DNA of 64,000 bases from Gordius albopunctatus (Eukaryota), in NCBI GenBank assembly GCA_964276515.1, contig OZ193909.1, positions 8,060,001 to 8,124,000 of the forward strand. The letters are read 5' to 3'. Below, piece by piece: positions 1 through 11,825 of this stretch (position 1 is its first letter; every line of letters starts with the position of its first letter). The position numbers and the translations under genes are program-made. The notes beneath the pieces are model-generated. The model had not been told where the DNA came from, made no database searches, and saw nothing but the letters and a program-made list of their open reading frames with translations.

Positions 1-361
1 CTTTCCTAATTACACTTAACTAGATTTCGGACTACCAACGATGGGCTCTAGATTTAAAATATAAGGTATTAAACGTGGTTCTCTTAATTTTCAAACCTGC
101 TTATTCCCAAAATGATTTGGACAACTTAATTCCAATCGTCAGTAGATATAACGTTTCCCTTTTTATATGACGCACTACGTAATATAATTTATTTGGCTTA
201 TTCCTTCATCCTTCATCTTAACTGATATTTTTTAATTACAAATAACTCCATTTTTCCTTTCGCGTCTTCAATTCTTGCTAAATCTTATGTAACCGCCAAG
301 TCCATGATTAAAGATGAAATTAAGGAATATATAACTACGAATATTAACGAGATGACACTAG

Positions 362-526
362 CATGGGCGTAGCCAGGAGCTGATTTAGAGGAGGGCAATA
401 ATGATTAAGGGAGGGGCAAAATAATAATTTTATAAAAAATTATCCTAATTATATTAAATTTGAAAGAATTCTTGGATTTAGAGGGCGTCAGCCGCCCCTC
501 CCATCCACCCCCTGGCTACGCCCATG
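362..526. mobile_element. hAT-type MITE (CATGGGCGTAGCCAGG family)
   Basis: 16-bp perfect TIRs catgggcgtagccagg / cctggctacgcccatg; 8-bp TSD gacactag / aacactag (7/8 match). Confidence 0.85.
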
Positions 527-1357
527 AACACTAGTGTCGTTATCCAGTGCGTCTTATTAGACCTACGGTGATGTAAGGATTAAATCTACTAAGACATCAC
601 CATTAATTATCGTGAGAGGCAATTCTCTGGTTTAAAATCCCGTTCAATTTAAGATAAAATTAGTATGGGGAGAGCCTTATTTATTAGTTTTATAATACCA
701 CAACTACCCTATTCTACAGCTACACTTCTAAAGCTTGGATTATTTATACACGCCTGCACAGAACAGCTCACAGCCTGTTGTTCACAATAACACTATCTAA
801 TAGCACATCCGAGTCTATATGACTAAAAGGTATACTAATGGTTGGTTTGCTACACACCCACATTAAAATTCATTAATAAAAGGAGACTGCCACTTATGAT
901 ACGGCTATTTTTTGCACACCATAATATGACTCTATAAGACCCCTCGGCATGCCACCCGGTGCTCGCGTTACATCACAAGATAACACGTCCATAAATTCAA
1001 GGTGATGAATAAATTAGTAACTATCTTTTTATTTAAACACTACAAGAAAACAGCAGAAATGCATTTCACGATGAAAACCCCAAAATATATATTAATGGAT
1101 AAATATTGTGTTTTCAAGAAAATCTTTTCTCTTAAACTAAAGTCTCATGACACGCAGTTACTATTGCTATTCCAGGGTTACTGTTTTGTCCTCATGCCTT
1201 TTGCTTTGCCAGCGTCCCTTCTCCCTTTGTTCCTTCTTTTGCTGCCATGTTCTACGGTCTTTGTCCTAAGTCTACATGTTTTCTCACACCATCTATTGTG
1301 ATACATCAAACATCTCTCATCGGTCTGCCTTACGTCCTTGCTACTTACGCCCCTTAC

Positions 1358-2290
1358 TAGAGGTCTGCATTGTCCGGGCCAGGGCCAGGCCGGGCTTAAA
1401 ATAGAGCAATAAAAAAGTGCGGGCCGGGCTTGGGCTTTGAAAAGTAAAAAAATTTAACTTTATACTATAATTCTAATATAGAAACAAAAAATTCACTTAC
1501 TAGCTTAACAATAAAAAAATTTAATTTTCCAAAAAACAATCTGGTGGAAATCATTATGTTAAAGATGATAAAATAATCAGTTGTTTATCTGGCAAAGATT
1601 TATTAGAAAACTGGAAGACATTTCCATAAAACATATCATGCTATTGATTAATATGCTTTCACCTTATGAAAAGGCAAGTATCGAGTTAGAAGCGCATAAG
1701 ACACCAACACTCTATAAAATATTACCCTTTTATACATCATAAAAAGCATCGCAAATTTGTTTCCATCTCCTACGTATAATGGTGATCCTGTTGACTTAAA
1801 GATCTACAAATTTAAGTCAAGAGCCCAAACTATGCTAATTTCAAAGTCAAATATCGATATTTATCGTAAAATATTAACCTTTCTTGTTTCTTAGTTTCGT
1901 TCTTTAGCTACCCGAATATGAAAAAAGCTTCTAAAAAAACTACGGTAAATCGTGGCTCTTGAATAGATCTTCTTGCATAAGTCGTTCAACTAAATGTGAT
2001 CCAGCTCAGGTGTGCAACACTAAACAATTTATATTTTCTATTTGGAACGATGATGAAACGGGGAAAAAACCTGAAGATGCTAAACTAGATGTAATTTTAT
2101 GGTGGAAAGAACACCAACTTATGCTACCAAACTTAACAATATTAGCTAGTCAGTTTTTGTCAATTCGAGCCAACAATGCTACCAGTGAACGCACATGGAG
2201 TAAGGCAAGTCGCCTTATAGTAGAGAGATGAACGAAATTATTGCCTGATAGAATAGATAGTCTATTATTTTTAAATGACAATATCAAACA
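1358..2290 (+). mobile_element. Decayed hAT transposon: left end plus transposase C-terminal dimerisation-domain remnant
   Basis: Starts with TIR tagaggtctgca and GGGCC subterminal repeats, homologous to the end at 37297. ORF 1959-2231 has the hAT dimerisation motif WWKEHQ..LPNL..LA..FLSI.A..A.SERTWS. No right TIR found. Confidence 0.85.
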
Positions 2291-2374
2291 TTGGATATGA
2301 ACAATATTGTTAGTAAATAGGAAAGCTGTTCCTATTACAAATCCCAAGTTTCTCCCACCTCCAGCCTCCCTTTT

Positions 2375-2665
2375 TATTATTCCAACATCCCATATTCTAT
2401 AATTTTTATAGATGGTGTAACAGTTCTTTCTACAAATCCTAGGTCTCTCCCAACTCTAGTTATTATTCCAACATCCCTTATTTGTAAGTTTATTTATACA
2501 TTCTATGATTTTTATAGAGACTATTATTCTAACATCCCTTATTTGTAATTTTATTTATAACATTCTATGATTTTTATAGAGGGTGTATCAGTTCTTCCTA
2601 CAAATCCTAAGTCTCTTCGAGCTCTTGCCTCACCTTTTACTATCCCCACATTCCATATTTGTTAT
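2375..2665. repeat. Degenerate tandem repeat
   Basis: Recurring tattattccaacatccc / ttctatgatttttataga / ctacaaatccta motifs, 3-4 copies. Confidence 0.6.
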
Positions 2666-4700
2666 TACACATTGATTTAATTTTTGTGTAAAAATGAAAT
2701 AATTAAGTTACTTAATAAACATAGTATAATAAGTTCATTAATTTAAAATGTTTGTGTATTAAATTGTTAAGCTTTGATAATATTCATTATAAGGTATAAA
2801 CTCTTAAAACTATAAAATTAGATTATACAACAAAGCTAGAATATTATCATTTGTTAATTTCTAGAGCTTAATTTCATCAAATAAAAGTTTATGCCAGATA
2901 TAAATAGATATAATTAATAAGTATAACCAATCTTTTACTCGTTGAAGTCTATGTCCAAAACAAAATTTTTATTTCTATATGATAAAAAGTATAAGTGCTC
3001 TTTGTTAAGTTAAATATCTTTATATAATTTTCATACACCTACTCTCACCTATATTATGACGTGCAAATTATTAAAAATGATCGTTATATTACCATTATAT
3101 AATATTTTTATATTTAAAATATGTATCTAAATGTTGTTTTATTTATATTTTAAATATGTATCCAAATGCGGTCTTATAAGACATCTACCTTTTTGTCAAT
3201 TGAACCAGATTCGTTATAAAGTTCTGTTTTTACATACGGTTTTTTGTTTGAATTTAATTCGTTAATGAGAGTTTGTATTGTAAATAACTTGAAATTATTT
3301 CACAACTTGCAACATTTATTGCCAAGCACCCATAAAGTTGGCACACATGACTTTATTAACCAAATGATAGAAAATTTTCTTAAGTTATAAAGACTTTCAT
3401 GAATTTGGTATTGAATCAGAGAGAAAAAGTGATAATTAAAACTTATTACTTGAATATTTTTTAAGCCCTATACTATGTCAACTGTAACCCAAAAGATGCA
3501 TCAGTATTAGTACATCTTATAGATGCAGGCCATGATGTGGTATATGATATGCCATACCGATTCCCCAATTTAAGAGAAGTGTATTATAGAGCTAAAATTA
3601 AAAAAACATTTTGTGTGCAAGTATATTTGCCTCTAAATTATTATAATTCTTAGTCAATATTCAGTAGGTTTTTTCCAATTTATCAAAGATTAAAGCATGA
3701 GCTAAGGCAAGGTAAAATAGGCATAATTAATAACATGAAAATCAATCTATTCCCATTAAATGAATCTACAAAATTAACTAATGACATGCGTAAATTATAT
3801 TTTACCATAATTCTTATTTTATAGGCTGTAATTTAAGAAAAATGGTGATGCATAGTGTACAATTATTGGAGTTTGTTTTAAAAATTTCGTCTCTTCCAAA
3901 TATTAAAATTAATGTTAGTGAATATGGGACAAAGATCATAAATATCTCTTACCCAGACTCAAAATATGTAGATATACATTTTTCCAACAATCCTAATAGT
4001 GCTGCATTGTTTGGATCAAAAGGAAAGATTCAAGTATGTATAGATGCATAAAAAAGATTTCCTACCATTTTTAAATATATGAATGCTAATAAAATTGTAA
4101 GTAATTTTGTTAAAAAAATTAATGAGAGCATGTGAATTTCCTGTAGATGAAGTTTAAATGATTTTTCTTTTAACATAGTAATTAAGGGGAAAAGGGGCAA
4201 CATACTTATTTTTTAAAATAGCCTATATGTATTATTATTTGCATCTACAATTTTTTTGTTTGTGCACAATGCAGTATTTAAGGTTTAACATAAATTATTA
4301 AATTTATTTCAAACGTTTTATGTGGCATAGGTTAATTTGATCCAGTAATGCTATAGGCTAAAGCAAAAATGTGCTTAAATTGGACATTATTGCAAAATTT
4401 GGGTGTGTAAACCAAACATGACCCAATCAATGCCATAAGAAATTAAACTTTAACCAAGCCTGATATATTATAATTTCAACATCAAAGATGACAATTTTTT
4501 AAAATTTAACAAGAGTCATAAAACTTAAAAAAACACATCCAAAACCATGATGAAATGCCCTAACATCTTTCCAACAATATGGAAATTTAACAGACAATAG
4601 ATAAAATGATTTAAATTGTAACAAATTATGAGAAGCATTATTGTATTTATGGAAAATGTAGGTAGCTTAAATAGAAGTTATTATAAAATACTGTAGGTAC

Positions 4701-4813
4701 CATGGGCGTATCCAGCATTTTAATTAGAGGGGGGCAAAATTATCATTTCAAGAAATTTTTGGAGTTAGAGGGTGCAGCTGCCCCTCCCTCCACCCCCACT
4801 GGCTATGCCCATG
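4701..4813. mobile_element. hAT-type MITE, same family as 362-526
   Basis: TIRs catgggcgtatccag / ctggctatgcccatg; TSD degenerate. Confidence 0.75.
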
Positions 4814-4904
4814 GTTGGTCTTGGTACCCTGTAATGTTGTAAAAAACCAAGGTTTTAGATTGGTCGCCTGCAAGGGCTATTGTTTTTCCCCCCAAACCCT
4901 TTCA

Positions 4905-5462
4905 GTGTTAGGTGAATTTTTTGGCTCACTCTTGGTGTATTGGCGCTTTTCACACCCATACACCAAGAGTGTTTGGGTGAAATTTTTTGGTTCACCCCTG
5001 GTGTATTGGCGCTTTGGTGTTACGGGGAAATTTTTTGGTCAACCTTTGGCGTTTTTACAAAAAGAACACCCTTGGCATTTAGGTGAATTATTTTGGTAAC
5101 CTTTTGGTTTTGGTCATTTTGGGTTGTGTATGGAAATATGTGAAGATTTTATAATTTTTGTATTTAATAGTTATTTATTTTTGTAATGAACTTTTATTGA
5201 TGGGAAATATGAAATGACGTGACTAAGTGAAAAGTATCATACCTGCTATGCAGATCATTAAAGGTGTATTATAAAAATATTTTCCCACCTTTTTAAGGTG
5301 AAACAGGTGACAAATGTCAAAATCTTTAATATCTATTGAAATGAATATTTTTTTCTCGAAATGGGTTCATTTTATGACAAACAAGTTTTAAACTCGAAAA
5401 AATATTTTTCCACCTGTTAAGGTGAAACAGGTGACAAATGTCAAAATCTTTAATATCTATTT
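4905..5462. repeat. Local tandem repeats and a direct duplication
   Basis: ggtgaattttttgg...ggtgtattggcgcttt repeated about 4 times (4905-5110). A ~62-bp block aaaaatattt...aaggtgaaacaggtgacaaatgtcaaaatctttaatatctatt occurs at ~5274 and ~5398. Confidence 0.65.
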
Positions 5463-6591
5463 AATATGCAAAATTAAAAGCGGTTGGTTTAACCCTGAAA
5501 AATCATATTTTTCGTGCCCAACATGTGCCTTAATAAAGTACATTTATGATTTCAGGACAAAATAAATATGATAATTATTTGATAGGAGATGTATGACCCC
5601 GTTAAACTTGTAGCCTAGGTCTTCCCTATTCAATTTTTACGGCGCTTAAAATATAATTTATTAAATTTTTTATAAATCATCTATAATTTCATAATAAACT
5701 TTACGATTAAAAATAATACAACCCCTTTCTTATCAAAACTTCGAAATATTAGCTTTATGTAAGTTATAGGTTCAAAAAAAGCTATTAAAAAGAAAAACAC
5801 ATTTATTTTCCAAAATATTTTAGCTATATGATAAATTAATTTATAATTTCTCATAGATAGATGAACCATTTTGGGCTCCCACTAAAATGATTCAAAATGA
5901 AGTTGTCTATGAATACCCCCCACTTTTTGGAAAATGCTATCAGTACGAAGAAGGACTTTTCCATATGCTAAATGAATTAGATTCCTGTAGGCAAGGAGGT
6001 TTTTAACAATAAATCCCTTATTTTATATCCAACCCTATAGGCATTTGTGAAAGTCCTTGGTTAAAAAATGAAGAAATTTTACGAATTAATACCATCACTG
6101 ATGAATGTTTGGCAAAGCTTAAAGCCTAATGATGCATGCACGTTAAAATATTTTATACTGTTAGATTTGTGGATAATTTGTATTTTAAAATTAATAAAGT
6201 GAGTAAAAGTTTCAAAGCCTTGTTTTATTTTTAGCAACGAATGGACGCCTCTTAGAATTTACATTGTATCATATTAAATATGTTGAAATAAGGTTATTGA
6301 ATGAGTTGCTCTTTTGGCTAGTGATCTTATATATGTTTTGTTTTTATTTCTAATTTTGAAGCGCAAAAATTTCCACAACTCTTAAATTCAAAAAGCAAAT
6401 TTTTTTAAGAGTTAATATCATCTCAAAAGAGTCGGCTTAGTTCCTCATCATTAATATAACTAATAAATTTATTCATAAACGCAAATAAAGTACAAATTCT
6501 TAAATTTAGGGTTCCTTTTAACCGGGCGTCGCCATGATTCAACGTTAATAGTTTTTAAAATTATTTCCGAAATGTGTGTATGAATAAAGCT

Positions 6592-9500
6592 TTAAAAATC
6601 GTCATCCCATCCAGATATTTCATCAGGTGGATTAAAATCGGCGGGGATCGTAAAAATGTCGAAGTTGCGATGATCCATGGCCCCAGTAACGATGGGTTTT
6701 ATTGGTGGCGTCAACTGTTTCTTAACCAATCCCTCCCAATCGAAACCGTGAAACCATCTAAATTTTTAATTTGATATGAGGAAAATATATCGCGACATAA
6801 ATATAAAAACCTGTTTATTAAGTCATGTATGAAAAATTAAGAAAAATCAGTGTTTTATAAATTCTTGTTGAGCGATTCTGTTTCGTAAAATTAGTATGAT
6901 TAACCCATAAGTTGCATCGCAAATGATTACTTGTGTTTTCTAATATCGCTGATGCCATTCTTTTGGTAACCCAACCTCTCGGCCGGGTTGTCGCGACAAA
7001 GTTTTTTGATGAGGGATTGAGCAGTTTTGCTAATTTGTCGCGGAAAAACGAGCATGTCTACCCCCTTCAAGATTAAGTTGTAAGTTTTCATCGGTTCCGA
7101 AGCCGTGAAGGGAGGCCTTTCGTAAATAAAAATAAGTTTGTCGTAAAATAATTGCTAAAATCATGGCCTAGTCTAGATTTGAGTTAGGCGGTGATTTAAA
7201 TATGGGAATTTTTTTCACAATTTACAACTTCTTCCTTAAATTTAAATTAGGGGCACATCCACTTATCTAAGCTTCTTAAAACAAAAATACTAAATTAATC
7301 TTACATTCCGGTCAGGAGTTCGTACATAAGAATTCCTATGGCCCAATAATCAACGGCTTGATCGTGACCCTTATTTAATATTATTTCGGGCGCCACGTAT
7401 TCCGGGGTTCCGCAAAAGGTCCATGTTTTTCGCCCAATTCCTATTCTCTTCGCAAAACCAAAATCGACCTATTTTTATAAAATGGTATAATTTTTAAACT
7501 TTTGCACAATCAAAATTACCAATTTGCAATAACCGCTATTGTCTAAGAGCATATTTTCCGGCTTTAAATCGCGATAGATGATGCCCCGATCGTGCAAATA
7601 GCCCAAGGCTTCAACCATGCACGCCGTGTAAAATCGGGCGGTAGAGTCATCGAAATGATTTCTATTATCAATCGTATTAAATATGACATTTTAATTTATA
7701 TAAATGTATTAACTAAAATTTATACAAAATTGGGTTTTCAAAAAAAATTAAACCGGTTAAGAACTACTAATTTCAAGCATTTAAATTATAAGAAGCAATT
7801 TGTAGAATTGCCATCATTGTTGTGGTCATGTAATACTGTTGTATTAAATGTAATAACTGTCTATCGAATAGAAAATCAAAGGATTCTTCCGAAAACTTTC
7901 TTAATTGTGACAAATTTTAACAAAAGCAGTGCAAAATTGACTTGATAAATGATTTTATGCATAAACAAAATGATAAAAAATACCTGTCTCTCAAAATTGT
8001 CCACACTTCTCCGCCAAGACAAACTTCGAGTAAGAGATAAACGTATTTGGGGTCTTTAAATGTTCGAAAGCATCTAAATTATACAAAAAGAATAGCCTTT
8101 TTTTAGTAAAATAAACTTTTATTCGATGACATAAGAATAAGATGTAAAAACCAAGCAAAATAATAGAAACTATTTGTCATATGATAACGAGGAAGGCGAA
8201 AGAACATTACCTGCAAATAAATGGATGTGAAACTTCCATCATAATCTTTTTTTCATTATATATATGTTCTTGTTGCCGTGATTCCACGACGTATTGTTTA
8301 GCTATGCATTTCAGTGCATAACTCTTCGTAGGATCTGAATATATATGAACCTAAAGGTGGGAAATGAATTATAGATGTTATCTCTTTTTTCGCAACACTA
8401 AGACAATAAATATGTTGTGATATACCAATTCCACGCGTCCAAAGCCGCCTTGGCCGAGACAGGCTATGGTCTCTATGTCATGCAGCGTTATATTTTGAAA
8501 TTCCGGATCCACCTTAACCACAGCACGTGAACTTAATGAGCTTTCAATGGCAGAACTATCCGTCGATATTCTTGCATTTGTTTATAAAAATTTTTATTTC
8601 AAGCCTTTCATAAAGAAATTACCTTTGGGCTCCCCTGGCCTCATCTCCATAATCTCTGTCTTGAAATTCTTTAAGATCTCCGATTAGTTGGACGAAAGAG
8701 CTGCAAAGTGAAGTTCAAAAATGTTAATACGCCACTTCATTTGAAATAAAATTATTGTCTTTGTATGTATAATTACTCCCTATCGATGGTCAGGCATTCT
8801 ACGCCAGGAATGAGTGCTATAACATTAGCCGTCCTTCGATCCTCTTTTAATAGTGCTCTTTCCCCGAAATAATCTCCACGATTTAACTTTCTAACTTCTT
8901 GTGGTTGATCCCTTCCCAAAATTTTTTGCGTCACCAACACCTTGAAAATAAATTTGTAACATAGATTAATATAACAGGAAAAGGTCAGTTCTTCGTTTTG
9001 TCGGCATTTTGTTTTAACATAGATTTGATATTATAAATCACGATTATAAAATAAAATGATTTATTTAGAAAGAAGCCGTTGATATTGATTAGTTAATAAT
9101 TAAAATATTAAGTATTCAAATAAAAACTAAGTGTTGGGCAAAATAGTTTATTTTTAAAAACTCTGTCCAAGCAAAACATAAAATTTGGACATTTACCTGA
9201 CCGGATATTATTATGAAAAAATCGTCGCCAAATGTTCCTTCACGAATAATGTACTCGCCACCATGAAAGAATTCCTATAAAATCATAATAATTTTAAATC
9301 CATGTTATAAAAAATTAGAGTAATTGGTTAAAAAGTTAATTACCACTTCAAGAATTCCTGCTAACTTAGCCAATTTATCGTGTGGAAGGTTTCGTAAAAG
9401 TGGCACGCTAGATGTTAAATTTTAGGTTAATTTAAAACAACTTATAAAATACCTTCTTAGGAGTTTTATGTTTTCCTCTTGCCTTTGAAGGCCGGTCTTC

Positions 9501-11825
9501 ATCATTATAACTTGAAAAACTTTTCGGTCCAAAACCCAAGTTTTTGCATCACTCAAAGCTTAATTTTGGGCAAAAAAGTTATTTTGATTCGTAAATATCT
9601 CGTATTATGATTACCTTTAATTGACGCCGTCCTGGCGCAGTTATAAAGTAACGCCAGTTCCCCAAAGGCATTCCCAGGCCCAAATTTACCGATGGATTTT
9701 TCGTTTTTAAAAACTTCCAACTCGCCCTCTAAAAAAATTCATTGTCAAATTTTTCACTAAATATATTTAAATTTTTACCAGCCAACACAAAAAGATGTTG
9801 ACCAGGATCACCCTCACGAATGACCCATTGACCGGCGTTTATAGATTTTTCGTACATACAATCCACGATTTCTTTGATTTGAAGTTGATCCAAGTTTTTC
9901 AAAAAATCATTTTTCAATATCGCATCCTTGATCATTTGTTTCGCTCTATTAATACAATATTTAAAAATTACAGTAAATAGTATCATTACCCTAAATATAT
10001 GGTTAATCTCATAGCATGGGCATACGTAGACCCCTTCCCCTTTAAATCCAAAAATTTGTTGAAATTTATTAAAATTATAGCTAAAATTTTAAAAAATGAT
10101 CATTTTGCCCCTCCCTAAATCATTATTGCCCCCCCCTCTAATTCCACTTCTGGGTACGCCCATGTCATAAAACAAAGCTTTTTTCGTACCTATAATATTA
10201 ATAAATCCGACATGAACTGCACCAAAAATACAATGTGACTCTTTAAACTAAGTTGATAATTTTACATAATTTTAATTTTAAATAATAATTATACCTGATA
10301 TCTTTGTTGTGTTTCTCAAGGTAAAGGGTCTCATTCTTAGAAGCACTTTCACCAGAAACCCCTTTTTTTCTCTCGTCTAACGGAGCTGTAACGTCTGCAG
10401 CATTGGGTACTTTGAGAGTTGTAATTGGAATATCACCAGCCACACCGGCTGATAATTTGCTTTTGACAGGCATATCATTAGTATCTTTACCAGCGTCTAA
10501 GTTTGGAGAACTAGGTGGATTTTCTAAGATTGTTGTCATTTTTGTGGCTGCTGAGGCAAGTATAATTAAGGTTTTGAATATAAGTAAAACAGTATTTGCG
10601 AAAACTCCTTTTCAAAGCCTTATAGTTTTAACAAATGTTTTAAGTAATTTATAGTAAACTTTACTCTAACATTGAAAACCATTATCGCTAATATTTTCAA
10701 ATTGGTTTTAATATCCCCACAATTCAATTGACAAAAATTTTATTATGTTTAAACCTCTTAAGTATTTTTCTAATAACTAAGAAGCGTTTTTAATGATGCA
10801 AAAAATCTAAACTATGGCTCGATAAAAAAATAATTCAGCTGTTTAAAAATATTTTTAAATCTCATAAATTTTTCAAAGCTTGAATTATTAAAAATTTTAA
10901 CGATTTTATATGATATTCGATACATTTTCACATACTTTATTACCCCTATATTTACCTAATTTTGTTACGAGATTGTTTTTTTATTAATATTTTATTTTTT
11001 TAAACGACCCTAGATCATGGGACTTTGAGCAACATGGCCTTAGCTAGTTGGATTAGAGGAGGGGATGTCAAAAAGTTTGTAAGATTAACGAAAAATTAGA
11101 GCATTTATAGACTTGAAATATAAATTATATTCCTTTACGTGATATATTCAGCAATTTTTTGTTCTGAAAAATTATTTAGGTACGACTCTAAAAAATCATC
11201 ATTTTGTCCCTCTTTAAATCATTACTTCCCCCCCCCCGCCCCCACCTTGTAATTCAAATCCGAGTCAATATAAGGTTTTATTTATATAAATTTAAAAATA
11301 ATAATCATAAGTTATATGAAAGTTACCTGCTGCACTCTTTCCCGAAGTTAGGGAAGGTGCTGTCGTTTGGTCTAGAACCGACCGCAATTTGTCGATTTCC
11401 TTTTTCAACGAAACTACTTCGTTATTTTTAATGTTTAGAGTCTGGTTACAGGCCTTGGCTTGAGTTTCGAGTTTGGTGATGGTCTCATCGCGTGCCAATA
11501 TCTCATTTTTTAGTTCTAGCACCAAACTTTGCAGCCGAGAAACGTCAACCCTTTCCCCATTTATTTGTACCGTAGCAGGGGCTGAGGGTGTGGATGGAGT
11601 CGATTTTAAAGTTGTCGCCGCTTTGAGTGTGTCCATAGGATTTTTGAATATGTTAGTCGCGCCCGAAGTTGAATTATTTCTACGGGCCGGAGAGACGGCG
11701 TTCCCACTGCCCAGGGCTCCTTTGTTTTGGCCTATTTTTTGGGCCCCGTTCCCGCCAGGTTCACCCTTGTGCGGACTACTTTGATTATGGTGGTGCCCGG
11801 ATCCAGATGATGCACCGTTACCCAT
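6592..11825 (-). CDS. cGMP-dependent protein kinase, PKG-II/PRKG2-like, 16 coding exons, 852 aa by this exon model
   Basis: Exons 11825-11327, 10550-10295, 9945-9779, 9728-9615, 9558-9453, 9407-9344, 9274-9197, 8940-8777, 8700-8623, 8570-8426, 8350-8211, 8073-7984, 7661-7520, 7468-7305, 7116-6931, 6757-6592; all GT-AG and in phase. Domains in order: MGNGASS start, coiled coil, pseudosubstrate RKKGVSGES, two cNMP domains ([33 protein letters not shown]), kinase ([38 protein letters not shown]), C-tail SGWDDDF. Confidence 0.96.
10015..10164. mobile_element. hAT-type MITE in PKG intron 2
   Basis: catgggc... / ...ctgggtacgcccatg ends; internal sequence matches the 362-526 family in reverse. Confidence 0.7.

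Larger units (their letters stand above)
3170..6200 (+). pseudogene. Decayed intron-containing gene of unknown family
   Basis: Three consecutive GT-AG exons in compatible phase: 3466-3620, 3654-3711 and 3825-4033/4096 (LYYVNCNPKDAS...FCVQ / SIFSRFFP...ELRQ / GCNLRKM...). Flanking coding-like stretches (3170-3430, 4440-4660, 5860-6200) contain stops or frameshifts. Confidence 0.4.

Noticed and set aside
1170..1357. Possible very old LINE 3' end on the minus strand (GRK.QGR...DRRTWQQ), and ORF 1002-1301
   Set aside because: Too many stops and too short to support. The plus-strand ORF has no recognisable features.
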